64,000 bases of DNA from Octopus vulgaris (GCA_951406725.2 OX597833.1:21576001-21640000), one strand, 5' to 3'. Counted from the first letter of the stretch, positions 39,795-53,141 are shown. Numbers and translations are program-made. The notes: generated by a model from the letters alone, not told the origin.

Positions 39795-41403
39795 TAAAAT
39801 TTAAAATGATGCTTTCTGATTTAGGCCCAAGGCCAATCATTTTGACTGTCTGGTATTTTATTTTATCGGCCCTGGAGGGGTAAAAGGTAAAGTTGATCTC
39901 AGAGGAATCTGAACTCAAAACAATGAGATTTTAAAAGGATTCCAATGATTCTTATCCAATGCCTTAAGGATTCCACTAGCTTGCTGCCTTCTGGAGCTTC
40001 AATAACGACAACTACAACAATAACAACAGCAAAAACAATAACACTATCGCTAAAAGTTTGTTACTAACACACACAAGAGGAGACTTTACATGATTACTTG
40101 ACTTGCTAGAAACAACAACTAAATCTTCCTCTAGCTGCACCATACAGTCTTAAAAAAGACAAGGTCATTTTGGATAATGGTGGTTCTGAGTTCTTTGTGC
40201 GTAGGCGAAGGAGTGGCTGTGTGGTAAGTAGCTTGCTTATGAACTGCATGGTTCCGAGTTCAGTCCCACTGCGTGGCACCTTGGGCAAGTGTCTTCTACT
40301 ATAGCCTCATGCCGACCAAAGCCTTGTGAGTGGATTTGGTAGACGGAAACTGATGCTGGTGTGCTTACATCCCCGTAACTTAGCAGTTCGGCAAAAAGAC
40401 ACTGACAGAATAAGTACTAGGCTTACAAAGAATAAGTCCTGGGGTCGATTTGCTCAACTAAAGGCGGTGCTCCAGCATGGCCACAGTCAAATGACTAAAA
40501 CAAGTAAAAGAGTAAAAGAGTATAGGAAAAATATGGGATGGTCATGGTTGGAACATCTTTCATTACAGGTCTACTTAATCAGGTTAGACCTTGAACTAAA
40601 CAACAACAACTACAACTGTTACCTACCATCAAATGCACTACTCCCAATACCGCTACCACCACCGCTACCACCACCATCATCACAACTACCATCACTACCA
40701 TTTTCACCATTATTACCACCAGCACTACCACAACTACTACCATAACTGCTGCCACCACCACTACCACCCTTATCATCACCCTAATCACCACCACCACCAC
40801 CACCACTGTCACGACCCACTATCACCACCTCCAACACCATCAATGCCAACACCACTCACCCCCCTCCCCATCCTTCTGCTCTTGAAAAATGCTTTAATAT
40901 CTGCAGCAAAAAGTGAGAATTTAATATGGTCCCATCTAAAAACTGATTGTGAACTCTCAGTAAAGGGGAATGCCCTATTTGTTTTTTTTCTTTGTATGTG
41001 TGTGTGTGTGCATGAAGAGAGAAAAATGGTATTAAAATTAGGGTTACTAATGACTCCCCTATTTATTTATTTATTTATTTATTTTTATCCCACATTTTAA
41101 GCATTTCCCAAATAGTTGTGATGTTCTTTAAAAAAAAGTAAAGCCCCTATCATTATCACATTTTCCCATGGTTGGTAATAGGGATTTAAGGGACACAAAA
41201 GAGGCCCACTCAGCTGGGAAATATCTGGTGTTCTAGGGAAGGACTGGAACTGATGTAAAAAAAAAAAAAAGGTGGGAACAAAGGGACAGCTAAAAAAAAT
41301 GTTTGGTGGAGTGAAGTGTTTGGTCGGGGAGGCAGGAAATAATATCAAATAAAGAAACAATAAAAATACTCCTCACACTTCTGCTCTCCTCTCTGAAAAT
41401 AAT

Positions 41404-42006
41404 GGTTTCAAATTTTGGCACAAGGCCAGCAATTTCGGGGAAAAGGACTAAGTTGATTACATTGACACCAGCATTCAACTGGTACCTATTTCTTCTTTTT
41501 TTTATTGCCCACAAGGGGTTAAACATAGAGGGGACAAACAAGGACAGACAAAGAGATTAAGTCGATTACACTGACCCCAGTGTGTAGCTGGTACTTAATT
41601 TATCGACCCCGAAAGGATGAAAGGCAAAGTCGACCTTGGCGGAATTTGAACTCAGAACATAAGGGCAGACAAAATACCGCTAAGCATTTTGCCCAGCGTG
41701 CTAACTGGTACCTATTTCATCCATCCTTCCAAGGCTGAAGAGCAAAGTCGAGCTCAGTGGAATTTGAACTCAGAACATAAAGACGGACTAAGCATTTTGG
41801 CTGGTGTGCTAATGACTCTGCCAACTCACTTTAATAATCCTTTCTAACAAGGCAGGAAATTTGGGACGAGGAGGGTAGTCAATTACATCGTCCTCAGTAC
41901 TTAATAAAAAGCAAAGTCGAACTCAGTGGAATTTGAACTCAGAATGTGGCAATGGCTAAGCATTTTGCCCGGCATGCTAATGATTCTACCAGCTCACTGC
42001 CTTCAC

Positions 42007-42048
<42 letters not shown>

Positions 42049-42495
42049 TATAATCCTTTCTACTATAGGCACAAGGCCTGAAATTTTTTGGGGAAGTGGA
42101 GGAGGTAGTTGATTACATCAACCCCAGTGCATAACTGGTATTTATTCAATTGACTTTGAAATTATAGAAAGCAAAGTCAACCTCGGCAGAATTTGAACTC
42201 AGAACGTGGTGATGGCTGAAATACAGCTAAGCATTTCACCCGGCGTGCTAATGATTCTGCCAGCTCACCACCTTAATAATAATAATAATAATCCTTTCTA
42301 CTATAGGCACAAGGCCTGAAATTCTGGAGGAGGGGGCTAGTCAGTTACATCAACCCCAGTTATTTCATTGACCCTGAAATGATGAAAAACAAAGTCGACC
42401 TCGGTGGAATTTGAACTCAGAATATATGGATTGACAAAACGCCACTGAGCATTTTGCCTGGCATGCTGATGATTCTGCCAGCTTGCTGCCTTCCT
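41404..42495 (-). mobile_element. cluster of five same-orientation SINE B copies, one nested
   Basis: Five GAATTTGAACTCAGAA B-box cores; TSD AACTGGTACCTATTTC at 41477-41492 and 41703-41718; (AAT)n spacers. Confidence 0.9.
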
Positions 42496-42922
42496 CTTTG
42501 AAAATGATATAACATCAAAACATCTAATAACAATGATGATGAGCCAGATCGCTAGAAATAGCAGCTAAATCACCTCCTTTAATTGCACCTTCTTCTGTTT
42601 TGAAAAAGAATGTATTTGTATGTATCTTTTATTCTTTTTATATTTTACTTGTTTCAGTCATTGGACTGTGGCCATGCTGGAGCATTGCTTTCAAGGGTTT
42701 TAGTCAAACAAATTGACCCGAGTATTTTTTTTTTTAGTCTGGTACTTACTACTTATTCTATCGGTGTCTTTTGCTAAACTGCTAAGTTATGGGCGTGTAA
42801 ACAACCAACACCAGCTGTCAGCCAGTGTGTGTGGCACAAATACAGATACAAAGACATACACACACACACACACACACACATACACACACTTACATACATA
42901 CATACATACATACATACATGTA

Positions 42923-42959
<37 letters not shown>

Positions 42960-43210
42960 ATATATTTATATATATATGTATGTTTATATATATATTTGTA
43001 TATATATATATGTATATATGTATATATATATATGTATATATATATATGTATATATATATGTATGTATATATATATATATAATCAGCCGAAATTACTACGA
43101 TGATCCGGTTCTTGACTGAAGACTGAGGGTTTCGAATGTCCTGTCCGTGTTTATTGTGTCGTCTTCTAAGAGTTATACGTTCTTGTCCATGTTGTATTTT
43201 TCTACATACC

Positions 43211-43281
<71 letters not shown>

Positions 43282-43504
43282 CACACACATATATATATAC
43301 ATATACATATATCAATAATATATTAATAAAGTACAATAAATAGAAAATAGTAATTACATTTTACTATTTATTGTACTTTATTGATTTTTAGAATAAGGTT
43401 TTTATAGAATATATTTTTTCTATATGGTGTGATTAGCATCTTTCATTATTGAATTGTTTAATAGAGGTTTTTCTCTAAATTATATACATATATTATATAT
43501 ATAT

Positions 43505-43549
<45 letters not shown>

Positions 43550-43550
43550 T

Positions 43551-43593
<43 letters not shown>

Positions 43594-43959
43594 CAGTATT
43601 CTTCACAGTTTCCATCTATCAAATTCACTAACAATGCATTGGTCAGCTTGGGTCTTTAGTAGATGACACATTCCCAAGGTGCCATGCAGTGGCACTGAGT
43701 CCAGAGACATGTGGCTGCAAAGTGAGATTCTCAACCAGACACCCATACCAACACACATGCACATACTCACACTTAAACACACACACACACACACACACAC
43801 ATGAATATGGAATGGCCATGAGCAGAATGTCTTTGATCATGGGTCTGGCACAATCTGGACTGTCCTAGTATTAAACAGCAACAAAAGCACAAGTAAAAAA
43901 TACAAAATAAAGCCAACAACAACAAAAGTAACGAAAGAGAGCAATATGAACTTCTGCAA

Positions 43960-44700
43960 GTATTTGGGACAGATATAGACATGTAGCAATTTGGGGCTGG
44001 AGTGCTACATGAGATTGCACTATTACATATGATCATATGTAAATAAAGCAATCATAGGCTAGAATACTACATGTAGTTGCATGAAGGTAAATGGCTCAAA
44101 CATTACATGACATCACATGTAGGGGTCACAATCTTTAGATTGGAAGTCAAATGGAATCACATGTAGATGAAAATCCACCATGGATGAAGTATTATGAGGT
44201 CACATGAAGGTGACACAATCTATAGCTAAGTACTACATTAGGCCACATGCAGGGGATACAATTTTAAGCTGGAAAAGTAGATGAGGTTACATGTAGGTAA
44301 GGTAATCTTTAGTTGGAATGCTGAAGCACTTTTGAACAACTGAGGCCACATGTAAATGAAATAGTATTACATGAGGTCACTCATATAACAGAATCAGTTT
44401 GGGGTTGGAGTTCTACATGAAGATTCATGTAGATGAAGGTGTAATAGACTGGAATACTATATGATGTAACATGTATGTAAAACAATCTTAGAATTAAATT
44501 CTATATGAGATATGATATTGGCAAAAATGATTTCCTGATCAAGTGCTACATGAGGCCACATGTAGCTGATGCATATTGTGGAAACAACATGAGTACTACA
44601 TGAGTTTACATGTTGATGAAGCATACAGATGAAAACAATCTAAGATGGAGTACTACATGAGGTCATATAAATGAAGCTGCTGTGAGAGAGTACCATATGG
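43960..44700. repeat. degenerate about 45-bp minisatellite (CTACATGAGGTCACATGTAGATGAAACAATCT..GGAGTA)
   Basis: Recurrent TACATGAGG.CACATG.AG motif at roughly regular spacing. Confidence 0.75.
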
Positions 44701-44803
44701 TTACTATTTTTGTTGTTGAGCAGACCTGTGATCAAAAGGAAAGCCAACTATGACCATCCCATCTGTTTTGTCTTGGCTCAAATTATCCAATAGATATAGA
44801 TAT

Positions 44804-44808
44804 ATAGA

Positions 44809-44856
<48 letters not shown>

Positions 44857-44871
44857 CAGAGAGAGAGAGAG

Positions 44872-44946
<75 letters not shown>

Positions 44947-45066
44947 CAGACAGGCAGACAGACAGGCAGACAGATAGATAGACAGACAGACTGGTAGACT
45001 GGTAGACTGATAGATAGATAGACAAACAGACAGACAGGCATGCAAACAGACAGACAAACAGACAGG

Positions 45067-45146
<80 letters not shown>

Positions 45147-45165
45147 CAGATAGATAGACAGATAT
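44804..45165. repeat. (TA)n/(GA)n/(GATA)n compound microsatellite
   Basis: Direct inspection. Confidence 0.95.
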
Positions 45166-46507
45166 ATGACAGGTTTCAAAACAAGTTTCCATCTACCAAA
45201 TTCATTCTCAAGGCATTGGTCAGCCTGGTTGGGCTATGAGACTATTGCAGAGAATATTTGCCCAAGGTGTCACACCGTGGGATTGAACCCAAAACCACAT
45301 GGCTACAAAGCAAACTTCTTAACCACACAGCCATACACACACACACACAATGTTCAGTGGAATTATCAATCCTCATTTTTTTTGCCTCTCTTAATTGCAC
45401 AAGAAAAATAAATGGTAACACAAAGAGGCAAGAACATAGACCAAAATTCCAAACAGTATTTTTTTCCTCGTAGTTCCAATGTTCTCAACAAGAGAAATAC
45501 CCCCACCACCACGACCATCAAGTGTCCTCTCCTCCACTATGCAAAACCCTCCTCAACCCTACCGCCCCGCCCCATCTCATTCCTCTCTCTCCGGAACCAC
45601 CTCACCTCCGTCCCCCCCACACCCATCTAATTGTTGTATTCTATCTCCTGAGTTTGGTGACAAATTTCTTGATAGCTCCAATTATGGCAAATGTCAACCC
45701 CCCACCGGTGAGGGGAGCAGGTCTGGGTGGACTGGAGCGAGAAACTGAGAGGTGGATGATGGAAAGCGGTGGAGATGGTGGTGGTGCTGACGACGGTGGC
45801 GGTGGCGGCGGTGGTGGCGGTGGTGGTGGTGGTGGCAGTGGTGGTGGTGGCGGTGGTGGTGGTATTGTTAATGGTGTTGTTAATAACATTGTTGATGGTG
45901 GCATCGGTGGTGGTGGTGTTGGTGTTGGCAAGTGGGAGTAGGGGTGGTGGAATAAGGAATGAGGGTGGCAATGGGTGTGTCACAGATTCTCCATGATAAA
46001 TAACATGTAATTTTGTCAACAATGACTTTTTTCTTTTATTTATATATTTATTTGATGTTCCAGAATTTCTATTTATTGATATGCATGCATTTCAGGATTT
46101 CATATGTCAAGATATATGTATGTGTGTGTGTATTACATATACATATATATATCTTTTACTTGTTTCAGTCATTTGACTGTGGCCATGCTGAAGTGCTGCC
46201 TTTACTCGAACAAATCTACCCCAGGACTTATGGGGATGGTAAACTAGACAGCTGCACCAGATTCCAATTTGCTTTGGCTTGGTTCCTACAGCTGGATGCT
46301 TGTCCTAATATAATTACTCCACACTTTTGTAAACAGAAACTGTGTTCAATATATATGAATATAAATGCAGAATATATACGTATATGTGTGTGTATACACA
46401 CCCATATATTCTACACAGTTTCTGTTTACCAGAGTCACTCACAGGGCACTGATTAGTCTGGGGTTATAGCAGTACATAACATTTGACCAAAGTGCCCCAT
46501 AGTGGAA

Positions 46508-46556
<49 letters not shown>

Positions 46557-46757
46557 AGGTGAATGAATTATCCTATGTTTACCGTCAACATGGAAAATTC
46601 GATGAACCGATACCAGGGTAGCAAATTCACGTCAGAAACATGGTTGAAGCGACCTGTCCAAGGGTAGAAACTCCAGGTTCATGTGCAGAAATTTGTGTGT
46701 TATATATGAATAAATAAATGAATGGAGTTGAACGAAGATGTTAACAAAATTTCTTTA

Positions 46758-46840
46758 CTCTCGACATATGTTTCGAAGACAACATGGTTTCATTCCAAAG
46801 GAATTAAACGGTGCAAGATGCAATCTTCTCATCAGGAAAG
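46758..46840 (-). ncRNA. type I hammerhead ribozyme, canonical core
   Basis: Minus: CTTTC-CTGATGA-GAAGA..TCTTC-GAAA-CATATG-TC-GAGAG. Stems I, II and III pair; GUC cleavage triplet ends at 46763. Confidence 0.85.
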
Positions 46841-47410
46841 AAAGGGTGCCTCTCTCAACAACAAGACAAACAAAAATATATATAAATATATATATATATG
46901 CAGATGTATATGTATGCAAGTACACATAAACCAAGAAACAAAGCAACAACCCCACCCCACACATTCAGACAAAAAAACATCTAAGCAAATCGATATCATC
47001 ATCATCATCATCATTATCATTATCACTGTTTTTATCATCATAATCATCAACATCGTCATCCCATCAAAATTTTCATCACCACCACCACCACTACCACCAA
47101 CTCCATCATCATTATATCATACAGACATTTTAACTTTTTGAAACAGACCACTCTCTTTATCTATCATTATGATATATATATATACACACATACATTTGTG
47201 TGTATGTGTGTGTGTGTTTTTGTGCTTGTATGTACATGTGTGTGTGCATTCTTGTATGTTTGACTGTGTGTGAGCACAATGTGTGTGTGTATGTGCGTGT
47301 GTGTGAGAGTTTGTGTGTTTGTGTGTGTGCTTATGTGTATGTACGTGTGTATGCAAGTGTGTATGTGTGTGCATGTGTGTGAGTATATGTGTGTGTGTGT
47401 GTCTGTGTGT

Positions 47411-47465
<55 letters not shown>

Positions 47466-47809
47466 TGTACATGTAATGAATTCTACAACAAAAGATGGTC
47501 GTAGATATAGAGTAAACTTTATCTCCAAAAAAAGATTACTTTCCATGAAAATACAGGAAATAAATCTCTGCCAATTTTGAAAAGTAAATTTTTGTGAAAA
47601 TGATTTTAGCACACAATTTTTCAAAATAACTTTAATAGCTCCTATAAATTACATACACACACACACTCAGACACACATACACATGCATATATATATTTGG
47701 ATATGTATGTGTGTATATATCCATCTATCTTTATATAAGCATGTGTGTGTCTGTGTGTGTGTGAGTGAGCGTGTGCATATCCATCTATCTATCTTTAAAT
47801 ATAAATGGC

Positions 47810-48028
47810 ACCCTTAGCATTTAAACCAGCCATAGCTGGCCCAGATATTCTATTTGTTTTATGTTCAAACTGGCCAGATCCATCCTCTCACACCTACCCT
47901 ACAATGTTCTTCTAAAAACAGTCACATCGTAGAGATCTCAAAGCTACAAGATAATGCATGATTAATCTAAACCAGTACAAATATATAACCAATGCATTTG
48001 ACAGAATAATCTGAATGCTAAAGGGTTA
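47810..48028. mobile_element. piggyBac-type MITE
   Basis: Ends CCCTTAGCATT / AATGCTAAAGGG-TTA; reverse copy at 61303-61881 split by a SINE. Confidence 0.75.
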
Positions 48029-48224
48029 CATATCAAATACTCAACTCAAAGTAATTAATAATAATTTGGTGAAAACACATGGTGAGGCTGGAAATGAGAG
48101 AATGATAAATGACAAGATTAATGATAAAGAAATGAAAATAAAGCTACAAAATTAAAGATGACAAAACAAGGAAAAATTGGTAAAGATAGGATAATAAGAA
48201 TATATTATCAGAATCAAATTCAAT

Positions 48225-48780
48225 GACTGGCGTCTGTGCTAGCGGGGTGCAAAGAGCACCATACGAGTGTGATCATTGACAGAGTGGCTAACCGGCTTCC
48301 GTGCCAGTGGCACTTAAAAGGCTCCATTGGAGTGTGATCGTTAGCAGTGTTGCCTTACTGGCACTCGAGCCCTGTGCTAGTAGGGTATTAAGAGCACCAT
48401 CCGAGTGTGATCGTTGCCAGAGCGGCTATCTGGCCTCCATGCCGGTGGCACGTAAAAGACACCATTCGAGCATGATCGTTACCAGCATCGCCTTACAGGC
48501 ACCTGTGCCGGTAGCATGTGTAAAAGATTCGAGTGAGGTCGTTGCCAGTACCGCCTGACTGGCTCCATGACGGTGGCACGTAAAAGCACCCGTAACACTC
48601 TCAGAGTGGTTGGCGTTAGGAAGGGCATCCAACCATAGAAAAACCATGCCAAATCAGGCTGGAGTGTGGTGCAGCCATCCAGCTTATCACTTACCAGCCT
48701 TGGTCAAACCATCCAACCCACACCAGCATGGACAACGGACGTTAAGTGATGATGATGATGATGATGATGATGATGACGAA
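48225..48780 (+). mobile_element. RTE-type 3'UTR with internal about 55-60-bp tandem units and (GAT)n tail
   Basis: Repeated CACCAT.CGAGTGTGATCGTT..CCAG and GTGGCACGTAAAAG; GGAAGGGCATCC motif shared with 33214-33898. Confidence 0.75.
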
Positions 48781-49427
48781 TTAGACGATGATGGAGGTGG
48801 TGATGATGATGATGATGATATATATATGGATGGATGTATGTATACAGCTGAAGCTAATGGTAAGAAGTTTGCTTCCCAATCACATGGTTTCAGGTTCAGT
48901 CCTACTGCATGGCACCTTGGGCAAATGTCTTCTATTATAGCCCCAGGCTGACCTAAGCCTTGTGAATGGATTTGGCAGTTGGAAGCTGAAAGAAGCCTAT
49001 TGTATATTTGTGTGTGTGTGTGCATGTGTGTGTGTGCCTCTGTATGTGTATGTGTGTGCGTGTTATTATTTCCTCTCCTCAACATCACATGATGGTTGAA
49101 AGCAAGTGTAACTGTCGTTCAAGGAGTGTTCTTTGTTTCCAATCTGTGATTTGTCAGGTGACGGGACAATATTTCTTGGAAACAGGTGAGAATTGGCAAC
49201 AGGAAGAACATCAGGTGCACACACACACACACACATGTATGCATGCATGCAGGCACACACACACACAATGGGCCTCTATGCAGTTCTTCTCTGCGAAATT
49301 CAATCACACTGCATCGTTCAACCCAGAGCTAAAGTAGGAAGATACTGCTGTTTGAACCTTAAACCCTGTGGTTGAAAAGTAAGCTTCTTACCTACATAGC
49401 CATACCTGAATTATCCAGAGTATCTTT

Positions 49428-50058
49428 TTTTTCACAAATATCTCCTTTGAGTAAAACCACCAATAAAAGAGAATATGACCAAAGACTGCGTGTACTCCAT
49501 CTGATGCAGCTGTGGTAGGTTATACAAAGATGAAACATGCCGCCCCCTCAAAATAAGGGTAGAGGAACATCGCTGTGACATGAGGAGATATTGATAACTC
49601 AGGTATAGCTGATCATGTATGGAAAAATGAAGACCTCCCCCCCTGTGGGATGAAGTTAAGATAATAGACAGAGAACACCACTGGAAAATACGAAAACTAA
49701 AAGAAGCAGCTCATATGCTAGGACACAACAACCTCTTAAGCAGACCAAGTGCAGATATGAGCAGCATATGGGAATCGGTGTTAAGGAAGGATAGGTAAAT
49801 ATTAGATTTATAAGCCCTAAAATTCACTCCATAATTACCTACGGGCATATGGTGCAGTGGTTAAGAGCACAGGCTACTAACCCTAAGATTCCGAGTTCAA
49901 TTCCAAGCAGTGACCTGAATGATGATAATAATAATAATAATAATAACATCGAAAAATACCTTAGGAATGAGAACCCAGGTTTGAAATTTCCCCAAGACAC
50001 CTGTTGTGTTAATAACAAACAAGTTGAGGACAAATATCTGTCGAATGTAAATAATGTA
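49428..50058 (+). mobile_element. Penelope-like element 3' end: GIY-YIG endonuclease pseudogene + tail
   Basis: VKPPIKENMTKDCVYSI*CSCGRLYKDETCRPLKIRVEEHR..SGIADHVW..WDEVKIIDREHHWKIRKLKEAAHM..SSIWESVLRKDR* (stop 49796-49798). Tail homologous to 55254-55375. Confidence 0.9.
49843..49915 (+). pseudogene. tRNA-like (Arg-related) Pol III cassette inside the PLE tail
   Basis: A box TGGTGCAGTGG, loop CTACTAA, AAGATTCC, B box GAGTTCAATTCC; stems imperfect. Confidence 0.7.
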
Positions 50059-50412
50059 TCTTTTTTTTTTTTACTTTGATGATAGCACAATTCAATTTCA
50101 AGAAGATTTAGCTGCTATTTCTAAAAGCTCTTGTAGACATGTAACCACACCCTTCTTGGCTCAGTTTTCCCTCATTAACTCTTCAGCAGATAAATATTGT
50201 AAGGTGGGGAATTTTAAAACAGACAATAAGTTGTTTAAATTCAGTTAGTTTCCTTTGCTCGTTAAAGTAATTTACATTTTAAATTCAGATTTTAAACTCA
50301 TTATAAAACTCACTTATTTCAAGAATTCTCTTTTCCCAGAATGTTTTTTTTCACAGGGTTTTATTTAAGGAGGTGATGGGTAGATGGGAATTATAAGAAG
50401 CATGTTGATAGG

Positions 50413-50458
<46 letters not shown>

Positions 50459-50568
50459 TCATATACTTTTTTCTTTTGGTACAACTTCCTTAAAAGGTTG
50501 CCAAAATATTTAAGACAAATGCTCTCCAAAAGAAAATAATATATGCATGTAGATCTGTGTGAATAGGG

Positions 50569-50652
<84 letters not shown>

Positions 50653-50829
50653 ACACATGTGGCTGTGTGGTAGGAAATTTGCTTCTCACCCGTATGAGTC
50701 TGGATTCAGTCCTATTGTCTGGCACCTTGGCAAGCGTCTTTTACTATAGTACCAAAGCCTTGTGACTGGATTTGGTAGACAGAAACTGAAAGAAGCCTGG
50801 CATTTATATATACATATTTATAGATATAC

Positions 50830-50992
50830 CAAAACAGGAAAGTGTAAATTTATTGGTATCATTTATTCTCCATTACACATGTTTCGTAGGCAAAAATTCT
50901 AACATATAAAATGTTGTAATCCCTAGTTGCAAATGAAACATGTGTATTCGTAAATAAATAATACCATTAAGCTTTCTAACTTCCTGTTTTGT
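50830..50992. repeat. diverged inverted repeat, possible tail-to-tail PLE remnant
   Basis: CAAAACAGGAA..ATTTATT..TACACATGTTTC / GAAACATGTGTA..AATAAAT..TTCCTGTTTTG. Confidence 0.55.
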
Positions 50993-51292
50993 AATGCAAT
51001 TATTCTGCAAATTACAAATGATATTTCCATAATTCCCAATTTTAATACGTGTTCTGACTGGCCCACACCAGCACCTGTGACCACATTCTGGATTCTAATA
51101 ATGCAATAAGCAGATGTGCTTCAAACAGGTGAGATTTTATCGTAACTACCCACATTATATATACTTATATATATATACACACACACACACACATATATAT
51201 ATACATGCCCGTGCTAGCATGGAGAACACACGTTAAACGATGATGATGATGATGATGATGATATACACACACATATATATATATGTACACAC

Positions 51293-51379
<87 letters not shown>

Positions 51380-52139
51380 CACACACATACACACACACAC
51401 ATATACACATATATTTACTTTCTTTTTTCTTTTATTTGTTTCAGACTGTGGCCATACTGGAGCACCGCCTTTTTAGTCGAACAAATCGACCCCAGGACTT
51501 ATTCTTTGTAAGCCTAGTACTTATTCTATTGGGGTCTTTTGCCAAACCGCTAAGTTACGGGAACGTAAACACACCAGCCGCAGTTGTCAAGCGATGTTGG
51601 GGGAAGACAAACACAGACACATAAACATATACACACACATACATATATATATATATATACGATGGGCTTCTTTCAGTTTCTGTCTACCAAATCCACTCAC
51701 AAGGCTTTGGTCGGTCCGAGGCCATAGTAGAAGACACTTGCCCAAGGTGCCATGTGTGTATTTTTGTATATATGTATGTACTTTGTTATTTTACTTCATT
51801 CTACATATGTTCCATGCTGTAGTAAAGATTTTTTTGTCAATCCAAATATTTCCTCCACCTCCTCCCCACCCCTTACTGGCACTGATCCGGTCAGCATTGA
51901 TATATAAGCTAATTCATTACTAGTTTTGTGTGCTGTTCATATGCATGTCTGTACTTATCTAGCAAAGGCCAGAGAAATCTTTTTAACTTCCATGTCAAAC
52001 TTCTTAAAACTTAAAACGGCAAGGAGGACAGTACCATACCGATTTGCAGGGTACCCAATGTGGGTGGGTGGAAGAGATGAAGATATTCTTCACTTTTGTT
52101 TGTGAGATTCTTATGTTAAGATATTGTACCCCCTTTCGA

Positions 52140-52690
52140 AAATGGACAAAGATAGAGCTACAGGAATTAGACCAAAGAACAAGAGAGCTGTTCACAATGC
52201 ACAATAGGCACTAGTCTAAAAGTAATACTGACAGACTCTGCCTACCAAAAGTGGAAGGAAGCAGAGGATTGCTAAATGCAGAAGATATCATTAGTTCTAC
52301 AATACTGGAGATAAAATTTATGTTGTATGTAATGAAGAAAGAATACTGTTTTGGAGCAGAAATATCTAAAATGTCACTGAAACAATAAGAGAATTCAAGA
52401 ACAGACAGGAAAATAACTGGATGAATAGCTAGAAAGAGAGGAAATTACATGGCTAATTCATGCAGCAAACTGAGGATTTTGGTTGTCGTGAACATGTGGA
52501 AACCTGAAACAGGAATTTGAATAACTAATTTTAGAGGCTCAGGAACAAGCCATCAGAATGAAGTTCATAAAGACAAAGATTGACAAAATTTAATCAAAGA
52601 TCAAATCTGTAGTGAAAATAAGTGAATCTTATGTGATTGCAGTAAGCTAACACAAGAAGAGTATAAATGCAAATCTTGACAGTGTCGCTA
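52140..52690 (+). mobile_element. decayed R4/Dong-like non-LTR retrotransposon fragment
   Basis: WTKIELQELDQRTRELFTMHNRH*SKSNTDRLCLPKVEGSRGLL, then KLHG*F and EAQEQAI. Confidence 0.75.
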
Positions 52691-52699
52691 GCTCTCTCT

Positions 52700-52700
52700 T

Positions 52701-52733
<33 letters not shown>

Positions 52734-52855
52734 TTATCTATTTATCAATCTATCTATTTATCAATCTATCTACCAGGCTGTTTGGCTGTCTGGCTGTCTA
52801 TCTGTCTGCTTATCTATCTAAATCAATTTCTCTGTCTATCTATTGATCTATCTAC

Positions 52856-52916
<61 letters not shown>

Positions 52917-52957
52917 GAAGTATATATCTATCGAAGTATCTATCCATTTGATCTATC

Positions 52958-52999
<42 letters not shown>

Positions 53000-53019
53000 A
53001 CTATCTCTCTATATATTTG

Positions 53020-53068
<49 letters not shown>

Positions 53069-53141
53069 TCATTTATTTATCAATCTATCTACCTGGCTGT
53101 CTATCTATCTGTCTGTCTGTTTATCTATCTAAATCAATTTC

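Noticed and set aside
49843-49915. Functional tRNA gene (also the SINE heads at 6300, 20707, 62808)
   Set aside because: Acceptor and anticodon stems pair poorly, no T-run terminator follows, and each is embedded in a repeat.
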